DNA of 64,000 nt, taken from assembly GCA_963734545.1 (NCBI GenBank), contig CAVTHO010000007.1, positions 704,001-768,000 on the forward strand, given 5' to 3'. Of this stretch, positions 50,229-60,400 are shown in pieces. The translations under genes and the position numbers were made by a program. Position 1 is the stretch's first letter. Each line of letters starts with the position of its first letter. This DNA is from an uncultured Spirochaetota bacterium. GTDB taxonomy: Bacteria > Spirochaetota > Spirochaetia > SZUA-6 > Fen-1364. The notes beneath the pieces were generated by a model, which saw only the letters and a list, made by a program, of their open reading frames with translations, had not been told where the DNA came from and did no database searches.

Positions 50229-50323
50229 CCACTTCTCGTCGCTACTGCGACCACTTCTCGTCGCTACTGCGACCGCTTCTCGTCGCTACTGCGACCGCTT
50301 CTCGTCGCTACTGCGACCGCTTC
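50229..50323. repeat. Tandem repeat, 22-bp unit CC(A/G)CTTCTCGTCGCTACTGCGA x4 plus a partial unit
   Basis: Read directly; inverted repeat GTCGC-N4-GCGAC; contains the stop codon of the TPR gene. Confidence 0.97.
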
Positions 50324-51264
50324 CCGCTGTAGTAGCGCAGCTTGGCTCCATAATGCGAAGGATCGATGATCAACGCATTCCGCCACTCCGCGCGTGCCTT
50401 CACCGGGTCGTTCATTTTCGCATACACCTCGCCCAGGTTGTAGTGCGCGTCGGCCGACTTCGGGTCAATCTTCACGATAGCCGAGAACTGCTCTTCCGCC
50501 TTGAAGAGCTGGTTCGTATCAAGATAAATCCCCCCGAGGAGGAACCGCGCCCGCTCCTCGATGTCCTTGTCTTCGGTCTTGTTGAGGGTCCGGAGGAGGT
50601 AATCGACAGCGTCGCTGCTACGCTTCATCTGGTAGTAAGTTTGCCCGATTGTCAAGAGCAGGAGGTCCCCCGGGTCTTCCTTCAACGCGGTGAGGAAGTA
50701 CTCCATCCCCTTTTCGTACTCCCCGAGCTGCGTGTAGGCCTGCCCGATGTACTCGTGAGAATCCTTCTGCGCGTAGCCGCTTGCAAGGGACTTCTCCATG
50801 CTGGCGATGGCGAGGTCGTAATAGTACTTCCCCTTGTTGAAATAGGCCTTGCCGAGGACGTACTCCGTTTCACCGATGAAAGGCGTCGAGACGAGCCGCG
50901 CCCGGCGCAGGGAAACGATGGCCTGGTCGAGATAAGGCATTTTTTCCTCGAGGGCGTTCTGGGACACGGCCCGGTAGAAGCTCGCAAATCCCTTGTAGGA
51001 AAGGGCGACGACGTTCAACGGATCACCCCTCAGGATGCCGTCCGCCGTGGAGACTACCTCGTCGTATTTTTCGGCCTTGAAGAGGTCCGGAAGCTTGCCC
51101 GGCGCATGGCGCTCCACGGTCGCGCCGGACAGCCGCGTCGGGATGCGAAGAACGAAGAAGAGGACGACTGCCAGGATGAGGATCCCCGAAAGAACGGGGA
51201 TGAGAACGGCCCGCCGGCCCCGCCTTTTCTGGCCCGTCCTGTAATGGTCGTAGTTCAGAATCAT
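50308..51264 (-). CDS. Membrane-anchored TPR protein
   Basis: Basic N-terminus, one TM helix, several TPRs (LGKAYF, IGQAY, AHYNLGEVY). Confidence 0.85.
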   Translation of the reverse strand: MILNYDHYRTGQKRRGRRAVLIPVLSGILILAVVLFFVLRIPTRLSGATVERHAPGKLPDLFKAEKYDEVVSTADGILRGDPLNVVALSYKGFASFYRAVSQNALEEKMPYLDQAIVSLRRARLVSTPFIGETEYVLGKAYFNKGKYYYDLAIASMEKSLASGYAQKDSHEYIGQAYTQLGEYEKGMEYFLTALKEDPGDLLLLTIGQTYYQMKRSSDAVDYLLRTLNKTEDKDIEERARFLLGGIYLDTNQLFKAEEQFSAIVKIDPKSADAHYNLGEVYAKMNDPVKARAEWRNALIIDPSHYGAKLRYYSGKRSQ

Positions 51265-51285
51265 GTGCTTCCCAAATAAAAAAAA

Positions 51286-51774
51286 GGGCAGATCGATAAG
51301 CCGGGTTCTGTCAAGGGTCACCATCTCTCTTGGAGCGCGGTCACCCGCGCTCTCGTGCAGCCTACCCGCAGGCTGCCGCGGCGTTCGAATCCGCGAAACT
51401 GCGCGGCGTACCGTGCAAGACCGCGGCGCCCGAAACGCGCGGCGAGCGAGCAGCCCGCCTGCTGCTTGGCTTTGCTCCGAACGAGGTTTACCGTGCCTCC
51501 TCCGTTGCCGGAGGAGCGGTGGGCTCTTACCCCGCCTTTTCACCCTGTGCCGCCGCGCCCAGAGCGCCGCGAGACGGCACGGATGCCGTGCACGGCGGCG
51601 CAGGCGCGGTCTCAGGCATTCACGAGGAATGCGCTCGGCCGGTCTGTTTTCTGTGGCACTGTCTGTCGCCGGACGAGCCGGCGCCCGGGCATTGCCCGGC
51701 GTTCTGCTCTCTGGAGCCCGGACTTTCCTCCCTGCGGATGCACGCATCCGCGCGGGCGGTGACCTGATCTGCCC
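51286..51774 (-). ncRNA. rnpB: RNase P RNA, bacterial type A, about 489 nt
   Basis: GAGGAAAGTCCGGGC, AGTGCCACAGAAA, GGGTGAAAAGGCGGGGTAAGAGCCCACCG, GGTAAACC, ACAGAACCCGGCTTA; P1 GGGCAGATC/GATCTGCCC; promoter-like TTCACA-N17-GATAAT at 51809-51781. Confidence 0.95.
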
Positions 51775-51866
51775 TCACACATTATCGGCTATTGCCGATG
51801 ATGTGTGAACCCCGCCGCGGCGGCAGGCTCGCGCGAAGCGCGATGCCGGGAGCCGTGGCAGGCCGC

Positions 51867-52685
51867 CTATATTTCCTCTTCTTCTTCGTCCGAGGACTCG
51901 TCCTCCTCCTCGTCCTCCTCTTCTTCCTCCTCGACGTCTTCTTCGAGGACGGCGGTTTCCAGGCTTTCCCCCTCTTCATCCGCCTGATAGAACAGGATGC
52001 GGCTGCAGTAGGGACAGAACTCGACATGCTCGCCCAGTCGGACCGTATTGACGAACTGGGGCGGAAGAATCATGTAGCAGCCCGTGCACACGCCCTTCGT
52101 GAGGGACACGATCCCCAGACCCGACTTGTTCTTGATGATCCGCTCGAACTTGAAGAGGATGTCCTCTTCGAGCCCCGGGGTTATCTTCTTCTCTTCGTTC
52201 AGGAGCTTCTTCAGCTCCGCGTTCTTCTCCTTGATCTTCACTTTTATCTTGGACTGCTCCTCCTTGACGTCTTCCTCCTGCTTCCCGATCATCAGTTGCT
52301 CTTTTTCGAGGGTGTTCTTGAGCTCCTCGACGCCGGTCTGCTCCCTCTGCAGCTCCTTGCGCAGGCTTTGCTCCTTCTCCGTGGCGTCCTTGATCTCCTT
52401 GTCGAGCGCTTCGTACTCCCTCTGCGTCTTGATGATGTCCATCTGCCCTTCGGACTTCTCGCGGCTCTGCTCGGCCTCCGCAAGCTTCTGCCCGATGTCC
52501 TCTATGCGCACGTCCGCCGCCTGGTGGATGGCGCTCTTGTCCGTGAAGGACTTCTTCAGGCGATTGAGCAGCTCGGTCTTTGTTGCCAGGGACTTGGGTA
52601 TCTCCTGGATATCCTTCTCCACCTCGAACTTCTTGGAGAGGACGTCCTGGAGCGCCCTGAGCTTGTCATACACGGTACGTGCCAT
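51867..52685 (-). CDS. Coiled-coil C4-type zinc ribbon protein (DUF164, CT398/HP0958-like) with an acidic tail
   Basis: REYEAL, CTGC, CPYCSRIL, poly-Glu/Asp C-terminus. Confidence 0.88.
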   Translation of the reverse strand: MARTVYDKLRALQDVLSKKFEVEKDIQEIPKSLATKTELLNRLKKSFTDKSAIHQAADVRIEDIGQKLAEAEQSREKSEGQMDIIKTQREYEALDKEIKDATEKEQSLRKELQREQTGVEELKNTLEKEQLMIGKQEEDVKEEQSKIKVKIKEKNAELKKLLNEEKKITPGLEEDILFKFERIIKNKSGLGIVSLTKGVCTGCYMILPPQFVNTVRLGEHVEFCPYCSRILFYQADEEGESLETAVLEEDVEEEEEEDEEEDESSDEEEEEI

Positions 52686-52710
52686 CTTCTTACCTCTCTC
52701 GTGATTCGGT

Positions 52711-54535
52711 CTAGTGTTCCAGATAATCCTTCAGCCGACGGCTGCGCGTCGGGTGCCGCAGCCGTCGGAGGGCTTTCGCCTCGATCTGTCGGATCCGCTC
52801 CCGGGTGACGTTAAAATAGAGGCCCACCTCCTCCAGAGTCAAGGAGTAGCCGTCCTCCAGGCCGAAACGCATCTTCAGCACTTCCTGTTCGCGGGGGGGA
52901 GAGTGGTGAGAACCGCCTCCAGCTGCTCCTGCAGCAGGCGGAACGCGGTCATATTGGAGGGGCTCTCCACCTCCTTGTCCTCGATGAAATCGCCGAGGAG
53001 GCTGTCCTCTTCCTCCCCGATCGGCGTCTCCAGGGAAATGGGCTCCCGGGCGACGCTTTTGACCGCCTTCACCCGGCCGGTGGCCCAGCCGAGCTTCTCC
53101 GCCACCTCGTCGTCGGTGGGCTCCCGGCCGAGAACCTGCATGAGCTGCCGCGATTCCCGCATCACCTTGTTGATCTGCTCGATCATATGGACAGGGACCC
53201 GGATGGTGCGCGCCTGGTCGGAGATCGACCTCGTGATTGCCTGGCGGATCCACCAGGTGGCATATGTGGAGAACTTGTAGCCCTTGCGGTACTCGAACTT
53301 CTCCACGGCCTTGATGAGGCCGATATTGCCTTCCTGGACAAGGTCGAAAAAGTGCAATCCCCGGTTCGTGTATTTCTTCGCAATACTCACCACGAGGCGC
53401 AGGTTGGCCTTGATGAGCCGATCCTTGGCCTCTTTCATCTTGATGCGGCCGCGCTCGATCTCGTCCGCCATGGCCAGGATATCTTCGATCTTGTTCTCGA
53501 AGACCGTTTCGTAGCGCTGGAGCTTCTTCTCGCTCTCCTGATGCACGCGCAGCAGCTCGCGCACGCGCTCCACGCCCATGCCGATCGACTTCTCCAGACG
53601 CTCGCGCTCCGCGGATACCGTGAGCTTTCGGGCGAGGCTCTTCAGCTCGCGCGGCGAGGCGGTGCGCAGGCGTTTCTCGATCCTCCCGATTTCCTTTGCG
53701 ATCGAGCGAATTCTGCGCGCGACGGCAATAAGCCTCTCCGCTATTGCGGAGATGTCCTCGGGTCGGAGCTCGACCTTCTTCAGCGAGTCGGCGACGTCTT
53801 TCCGTTTCTCGACGAATGACTCGTCGAAGATGTCACCGCCTTCCGACTCCGTCTGCCTCTTCAGCTCCATGTAGCGCTTGACTCCGGGCAGATGGTCCTT
53901 GAAAGGCTCCTTGTAGAAGGCGCCGAGCTTCCGCGTCTCGGCAAGATACTCGGTGGCCTCCTTCTTGGAGAGGTTCATGTCCCGCGGGTCGCGCGTCGAG
54001 CTGGCGCGCAAGCCGAGACGGAGGAACTCGCGCACCAGCACGCCGGAGTTCTTGATGACCCCTTGATGATGTACTCTCCGGACTCCATGGCCTTGGAAAG
54101 CTCCACTTCCTGCTCGGCGGTCAGCAGGTTCTCCTTGCCGATCTCCCTCAGGTACAGGCGGATCGGATCGTCGACCGATGATTCCTTGTCGCTGTAGATC
54201 AGCTTCTTTCTGTCCTTGCCCGGCTTCTCCTCCTCGATCTCGAGGCTGATTTCCTCGTCTTCCAGCCTGATGCTGTGTTTCTCGAGAAGGGCGATGACCT
54301 CTTCGATCCTGTCCGAGCTCACGATCGCGTCGGGCAGGAAATCGTTCACCTCGTCATAGCTGACGCTCTTCTTCCCTTTCGCGTACTCGAGCAGCTTCCG
54401 CATGGCCGGGTCATCTTTCAGCTCCAGGACGATCTTGCCCGGCACGGGCCGCTTGACCGGTTTCGCGGCACCGCGCGGACCGGCCCCCTTCTTCTGCGCT
54501 GTCTGCTTGTTATTCATGGTTCCCTTGGTTTTCAA
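52711..54535 (-). CDS. rpoD: RNA polymerase primary sigma factor; two apparent frameshifts (~54060, ~52895)
   Basis: [73 protein letters not shown]. Confidence 0.96.
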
Positions 54536-56358
54536 ACGCCTGCCGCCCTCGTCTTGAGTTTTTCGAGCTCGCTGTCCAGATGCATCTTTTCCTCGAGGAG
54601 CTCGCGCACCCTCGGTGAGTCCCGCGATTCCCTTTCCGCCTTTCTCATCTCCACCGCCACCGCGTCGATCCTTTTTCCGAGCGCACGCTGGCGGATCCGC
54701 CGCACACCGTCCGCCACCATGCGCTCCTGGTTCATGTCGAACTCGCCGCTGGACACCTTGCGGATTGCCAGGTCCCGCACGGCGGCATCCTCGATGCGCG
54801 CGCAGAGGGCCTCGAAACCCGTGTCCTCCGCCCGGTAGGATTCCTCGAGGGCCACGAACAGGGCCCGCGCCTTCTCGTCGTCGAGATCCGCGAGCGCCAC
54901 CCCGCCGTTTCGCACGAGGGGGAACAGGTCGCGGTTGGCCGCCACAGCGAGCATGAGAAAAAGATCCGAAGACACCACGCCTGATTCAGCCGCGCGCCGT
55001 TCCCCCGGGGCGCCACTCACGACGCGGCCCCCCGCGGCGGCCGCCTGTCCGGCACGTGTCCCGGGAAGCCTCCTCCGCGACGACCACGTAGAAAAATCCC
55101 GCCGCAGGGCGCCCTGGTCCGCATCCAGTTCGTCCGCCAGGAGCGTGAGGTAGCGGTCCCGCCTCATCTCCGATGCGGGGGCCGCGATGAACGGAAAAAG
55201 CTGATCCCGAATCCCTTCCCTTCCTTCCGTGCTCGATCGATCGTGCGCGGCAGCCGCCTTCCTCATGAGGTAGGGGAAGCTGTCGCCGGGGCGCGCCAGA
55301 AAATCCTTGAGGGCACCGACCTCTTCCTTCTGTACGAAATCAGCCGGGTCCTGGCCGCCGGGGAGCTCCACGACCTGGACGATCAGGTCCTCTTTCTCCA
55401 GCATCTCGATGGCACGGGAAGTCGCGTTCTGCCCCGCGTCATCTCCGTCGAACAACACCACCGCCTTCGCCGCATAGCGCTTCAGCAGCCTCACCTGCTG
55501 CTCCGTGAGAGCGGTCCCCAGCGGCGCAACGCAGTTGGCGATTCCCGCCTGATGGAGGGCCAGCACATCCATATAGCCCTCCACGAGCACGAAAAATCCC
55601 TCCCCACGGATGGCGGGAGCCGCCTTGTCAATGCCGAACAGGTTTTCCCTCTTTCGGAAGAAAGCCGTTTCAGGGGAGTTCAGGTACTTCGGCTGGGAAT
55701 CACCGAGGGCTCTCCCGCCGAACGCGATGATCTCCCCCCGGGCATTGGAAATGGGGAACATGATCCGGTTGGCAAAGAGAGCCGAGCTGCTCCCCCCCGC
55801 GCTTTCAATGAACAATCCTGTTTTCGAGAGGAACTCCTGGGAATAGCTCTTCTGGGCAAGAAACTGAAAGAGCCAGTCCCGGTCAAGGGGCGCGTAGCCG
55901 AGCTGAAACGCCTCGATGGTCTCCTTGTGCAGTCCCCTCCCCGCAAGATATTTCCGCGCGCTCTCCGCCTGCGCCCCTTCGGTCAGGAGCCAGTGAAAAC
56001 TGCCCGCAACCCGGCGATAGAGCTCGAAGAAAGTCCCCCGCTTGATTCCCCCCTGCTCTTCGTCCTCCTGCGGGATCTCTATGCCCGCCTTCTTCGCGAG
56101 GATCTCCACTGCGTCCCGCCACGGGACCTTCTCGATCTCCATGACGAAATCGAATACCGTGCCGCCCTTGTGGCACCCGAAGCAGTAGTAGACCCCCTTG
56201 TCGGGTGTCACCGTAAAGGAGGCCGACTTCTCCTGGTGGAACGGGCACAGTCCCCAGTAGCGTCCCCCTCTGCGCTGCAGCGTGACGTGCTCGCCGATCA
56301 CCTCGGCGATGTCGATGCGGCTGCGGATCTCCGAGAGCGTGCTTTCCGGTATCCTCAT
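54532..56358 (-). CDS. dnaG: DNA primase
   Basis: CPFHQEK..CFGC, FGGR, KYLNSPET, VEGYMD, FDGDDAG, DPAD. Confidence 0.97.
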   Translation of the reverse strand: MRIPESTLSEIRSRIDIAEVIGEHVTLQRRGGRYWGLCPFHQEKSASFTVTPDKGVYYCFGCHKGGTVFDFVMEIEKVPWRDAVEILAKKAGIEIPQEDEEQGGIKRGTFFELYRRVAGSFHWLLTEGAQAESARKYLAGRGLHKETIEAFQLGYAPLDRDWLFQFLAQKSYSQEFLSKTGLFIESAGGSSSALFANRIMFPISNARGEIIAFGGRALGDSQPKYLNSPETAFFRKRENLFGIDKAAPAIRGEGFFVLVEGYMDVLALHQAGIANCVAPLGTALTEQQVRLLKRYAAKAVVLFDGDDAGQNATSRAIEMLEKEDLIVQVVELPGGQDPADFVQKEEVGALKDFLARPGDSFPYLMRKAAAAHDRSSTEGREGIRDQLFPFIAAPASEMRRDRYLTLLADELDADQGALRRDFSTWSSRRRLPGTRAGQAAAAGGRVVSGAPGERRAAESGVVSSDLFLMLAVAANRDLFPLVRNGGVALADLDDEKARALFVALEESYRAEDTGFEALCARIEDAAVRDLAIRKVSSGEFDMNQERMVADGVRRIRQRALGKRIDAVAVEMRKAERESRDSPRVRELLEEKMHLDSELEKLKTRAAGV

Positions 56359-56362
56359 ACCT

Positions 56363-57388
56363 CTACAGTTTTTTCAGATAGAGGTACTTCGCCTGGTTGT
56401 GCTCGTTCAGGTTGCGCGAAAAATAGTGACGCCCGCTCTGCGTGTCCCTGAGAACGAAGTACAGGTAGTCAGTTCGCGCGGGCTGAAATGCTGCCTCCAA
56501 AGCTGTTCTCCCGGGATTCGAGATCGGACCCGGCGTCAAACCCGCCCACTTGTACGTATTGTACGGCGAGTCGAGCTTCTCGTCTTCCTTGGTAATGTAC
56601 TCCGGGTGCGCCTTTTGCTGGATCTCCGTGATAATATATTCAAGTGTGGCACATGATTCAAGCCCTATATTCCTCCGCAATCGATTGTAGAACACCGCCG
56701 CGATAAGCGGGGCTTCCGCAGCCACTCGATACTCCCGCTCCACAATTGAGGCCACGATCACGGTTTCTTCGAATTTCGGCTTCTCCAAGGTGCGCCAGTC
56801 CGGGGCGATCCTGTCCACGTTGTCGAAAAAAGTCTTTACCATGAGCTGGACGAATGTTTCTGCCGGGAAGGGCCGCGGAACGAAGTAGGTGTCCGGAAAC
56901 AGGTAGCCTTCGAGGCTCTTGCCCGGCACGCCGAACTCGGACAGGAGATCCGGGGAGCGTGTGGCGGCCATGAAGTCCGCCGCGGTGCATACCCCCTCCG
57001 CCTCCAGGTGCCGCGCGATCTTGCTCGACGTCCACCCCTCGGGGATGGTCACTTTGCCGAGGTTCTGGGCTCCCGCCACCAGGAAGTCATGAATGGCGAG
57101 GGTCGAGGACCGACCGGGAATCCTGTAGTACCCTGCCTTGAAGTCGCTCTGCGTGCCTTTCAGCCTTCCCACGGTCTCCAGCAGGGGCGCAAATCTGATG
57201 AAACCCTGGGCTTGCAGGTCATAACTGATCCGGGAGAGGCTCTCCCCCTTTTCGATGGAAAAGAGCCTGTCCCCCGTTCTCATGGCCGGCGGGCTGGAGT
57301 TCAGGAATGCCCCGACGATGGCCAGAGAGGCAATCACTCCGATGGCGACAGCGCCGAGCCGGGCAAGTGTCCTGGCGCCTTTGCTCAT
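56363..57388 (-). CDS. mltG: Endolytic transglycosylase MltG
   Basis: TIPEG, LEGYLFPDTY, ASIVERE, SPYNTY, GPISNPG. Confidence 0.94.
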   Translation of the reverse strand: MSKGARTLARLGAVAIGVIASLAIVGAFLNSSPPAMRTGDRLFSIEKGESLSRISYDLQAQGFIRFAPLLETVGRLKGTQSDFKAGYYRIPGRSSTLAIHDFLVAGAQNLGKVTIPEGWTSSKIARHLEAEGVCTAADFMAATRSPDLLSEFGVPGKSLEGYLFPDTYFVPRPFPAETFVQLMVKTFFDNVDRIAPDWRTLEKPKFEETVIVASIVEREYRVAAEAPLIAAVFYNRLRRNIGLESCATLEYIITEIQQKAHPEYITKEDEKLDSPYNTYKWAGLTPGPISNPGRTALEAAFQPARTDYLYFVLRDTQSGRHYFSRNLNEHNQAKYLYLKKL

Positions 57389-57415
57389 CCGGCCCGGCCG
57401 CCAATTCTTCCCGAT

Positions 57416-60400
57416 CTATTGGCGAACGAGGACAAACTCCACCCTCCTGTTCTTCCACCGGTTGTCGAGATCGGAGAAGGGCACAACCGGCTCCGCGCCA
57501 CCCACGCCCACCGAGCTGATCCGCCCTGCGTCGATTCCCTGCGCAACGAGCGCGCTGCGAATGGCATCCGCACGCTGCTTGGAGAGCGGCAGAAGCGACT
57601 GCTCCTGCTCCTGCTTGGCGAGGGCCGGATTGTCGAAGTTGACGAGGTTGGCATGGCCCACGATCTGTATCTTGTAGCTGCCGTATTTCTTGAAGATCTC
57701 CGCGAGCCTCTTGATCGTGCTGGAGTTCTTCAGCGCCTTGTCCGCCTCGACGTTGACATAGTCCGCTGTATTGGCCGCGAAGGTGATGCTGGCAATCCTC
57801 ACCTTCAGCCTGTCCCCGTCCCTGATTACGAGGATATCAACCGGTATCAGCTTCTGTACCGTGATCGAGTTTCCCAGCACGTCCTTGATCGTAAAGGAAA
57901 GGGGATAGTCTTCCGCGGATTGCACCAGCTCGCCCGTTCCGGAAGTGCCGTTCCAGATGATCTTCTCCGACGGCGCTCCCTTGCCCGCGAAGCTGGTGAA
58001 GGGGTGCTGCTCGGGGTCGACAATGCTGATGCTCCAGCTGTCGATGGGGATCGGATCATCGACATTCAAATTGATGGTGAGCTCGTCGTTCACTCCGTCG
58101 TTGTCCGGCGAGAACGGCAGGCCTTCGAGATTGAGCTCCACCTTCGGGGGCGAAACCGCGAGACGGAACGCGGCCGACCTCGCGGTGGCAAGGTTGCCCT
58201 TGTTGTATTCAACCTGGAGAACGGCGGCGTACAGCCCGTCCGGAGCGGTCTTGAGACCGCCCTGGTCCTTGCCATCCCATGTGACAGAAGTGGGCACCGG
58301 TGCCAGCCCCGTCATGGTTTTCTGCTCTCCCGTGGCGGCATCCACCATCGACAATTTCCACCCCTTCACCCCGTCCTTCAGGGTCAACAGGGTCGCGAAG
58401 GTGATGTCGTCCTTGAAGCCGTCTCCGTTCGGCGAGAACCCGTTGGCGCTGGCGGTCACATACACGGGGGTCGGGCGGGTATCGATCTGGATTCCCCGCA
58501 GCTCCTTGGTGGTGGTGTTACCGGCCTTTGTCTGCGCCTTCACCGCGTATGTGTAATACCCGTCCGGCATCAGGTTGCCGTTCTCATCCTTGCCGTCCCA
58601 TGCAAACTCGGCGGCCTTCCCTTTCCAGAACCACCCGCGAACCTTCTGTCCCGCGCTGCTGCGTATTTCCCCTTCCCAGAGGTCTTCGTCACTCGAGCTC
58701 TGCTTGATGGTGAGTGCCGCCAGCTTGCTGTCAGGAGTCGGTGAGAAGAGCAGGGCCGCGGAAGATACATCGATCTGCGGCACGTGGTTGTCGACGAAGA
58801 AGGGAGTGCTCTCCGCCCTTGGCTGGCTTCCGTTGCTGTAGGTGACCTGAAGCTCGGCCGTGTACCTGCCGTCGGGCACTCTCTTCCCCGCGTCGTCGAT
58901 CCCGTCCCACAGAACGTCGTCCGGGGCTTTGCTGCGGCCCGCGTAGGACCGCACGACCCCGCCGTCCGCGCGATGTACGCGGATCGTCGAGGACTCGACG
59001 CCCGTTGTGACGGCCAGGGAGGGAATGAGTCGGATCCTGGTCTTGGTGCCCCCGCCGAACGGGGAGAAGTAGACCAGGTCGGTCGAGACGCGGACCGGCT
59101 TCTTCTCCGTGTCGATGCGGAGGGTGATAGGCGAGGAGGAGCCGGTGTTGCCGGCCTGGTCCGTTGCCTTCAGGCTGTAGGTATACGCGCCGTCCGGCAG
59201 GAACGCACCATCATCGCCGCGACCGTCCCACTCGAACTTGTCGTCGGCCCGGCCGCGCCACACCAGGTTCCTGAGGTCCTTGCCGCTCGCGTTCCGGAAG
59301 GTTCCCGTCCAGAAGAGCTCCTGGGAGGTGTCCTGGAAAATGGTCACCGTGTTCCTCTTGCTGTCTCCGGAAGGGGAGAACACGTCGTACTCCGCTTTCG
59401 CCGAGGCGGTGGGAGAGGTCACCTTGATCGTGACCAGGGGCGAATCCGCCTTGGGATTCTTTCCGTTCACGTACAGGACGGTGAGGGTCCCTTTGTAGGT
59501 CCCTTCGGGCAGCAAAGCCCCCGAGTCGTCGTGGCCGTCCCAGCTTATCGTGGCGGGTATGGTGACGGCCCCGCTGAAGCTCTTCCGCGCAACGCCTTTG
59601 TCGTCAGAGACAGCGAGGCTCCACTTCTCTATACCCGTGGCGACCGGCACCTTCAGACCGAAGGTCACCACATCTTTTACCCCGTCCCCGTTGGGTGAGA
59701 AATATGAAGGATCGATGGCAAGCTGCACGGGGGTCGGCCGTGTATCGATGATGATATTGTCCAGCTGCGCCGCGACACTGTTGCCCGCTCGGTCGGTGGC
59801 AGCCACGTGATAGCTGTAAACGCCGTCCGGCACGAGGGCACCGGTGTCCGCCTTCCCGTCCCATGCAAAAGCGGGCGGCTCCGAGTCGGTCCACGTCAAC
59901 GTGCGCACCTTCTGTCCGGTGATGTCCTGGATGGACCCCGCCCACGTGTCTTCGTGCGTGCCGGCCTGCTGGACGGGAAGCGTATCCTTGTTGCCGTCGC
60001 CATCCGGAGAGAAAATCAGGTAGGAAGCGCCAAGGGTTACCTTCGGAGGCGTGTTCTTCACGACGACGGTGCCCGTGCCGCTCTTTCCCTGGTTCCCGTT
60101 GTCGTCCCAGGCTTCCACGTGATACTGGTAGGTTCCGTCGGGAACTACGGCCCCCGTGTCACTTGTTCCATCCCAGCGGATCGTGGGGGGGATCGCAATG
60201 CCCGACTTCACGTATGCCAGGCGCGCAAGGAGGTTCTGCACATCGCGGTTCTCAGGTCTGTCTTCCTTGTTCTGCAGGGTCCGGACCGCGGCGCCGCTGG
60301 AATCCGTGATAATGAGCCTGTATCCCTTGACGTACCTGTCGTCCGTGATGGCAAGAGGAAGCACCAGGTCATCCTTCTCTCCATCGAAGTTGGGAGAGAT

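Noticed and set aside
51265-51747. N-terminal 160-aa extension of the TPR ORF 50308-51747
   Set aside because: This interval is the RNase P RNA gene; the likely start is the ATG at 51264.
51870-51950. Low-complexity (TCC/TCT)n tract
   Set aside because: Encodes the poly-Glu/Asp tail of the zinc-ribbon protein; not an independent element.
52711-54535. rpoD, mreB, mrdA and flaA as pseudogenes or programmed frameshifts
   Set aside because: These are conserved or essential genes with intact motifs on both sides of each shift and no consistent slippery site; sequencing error is simpler.
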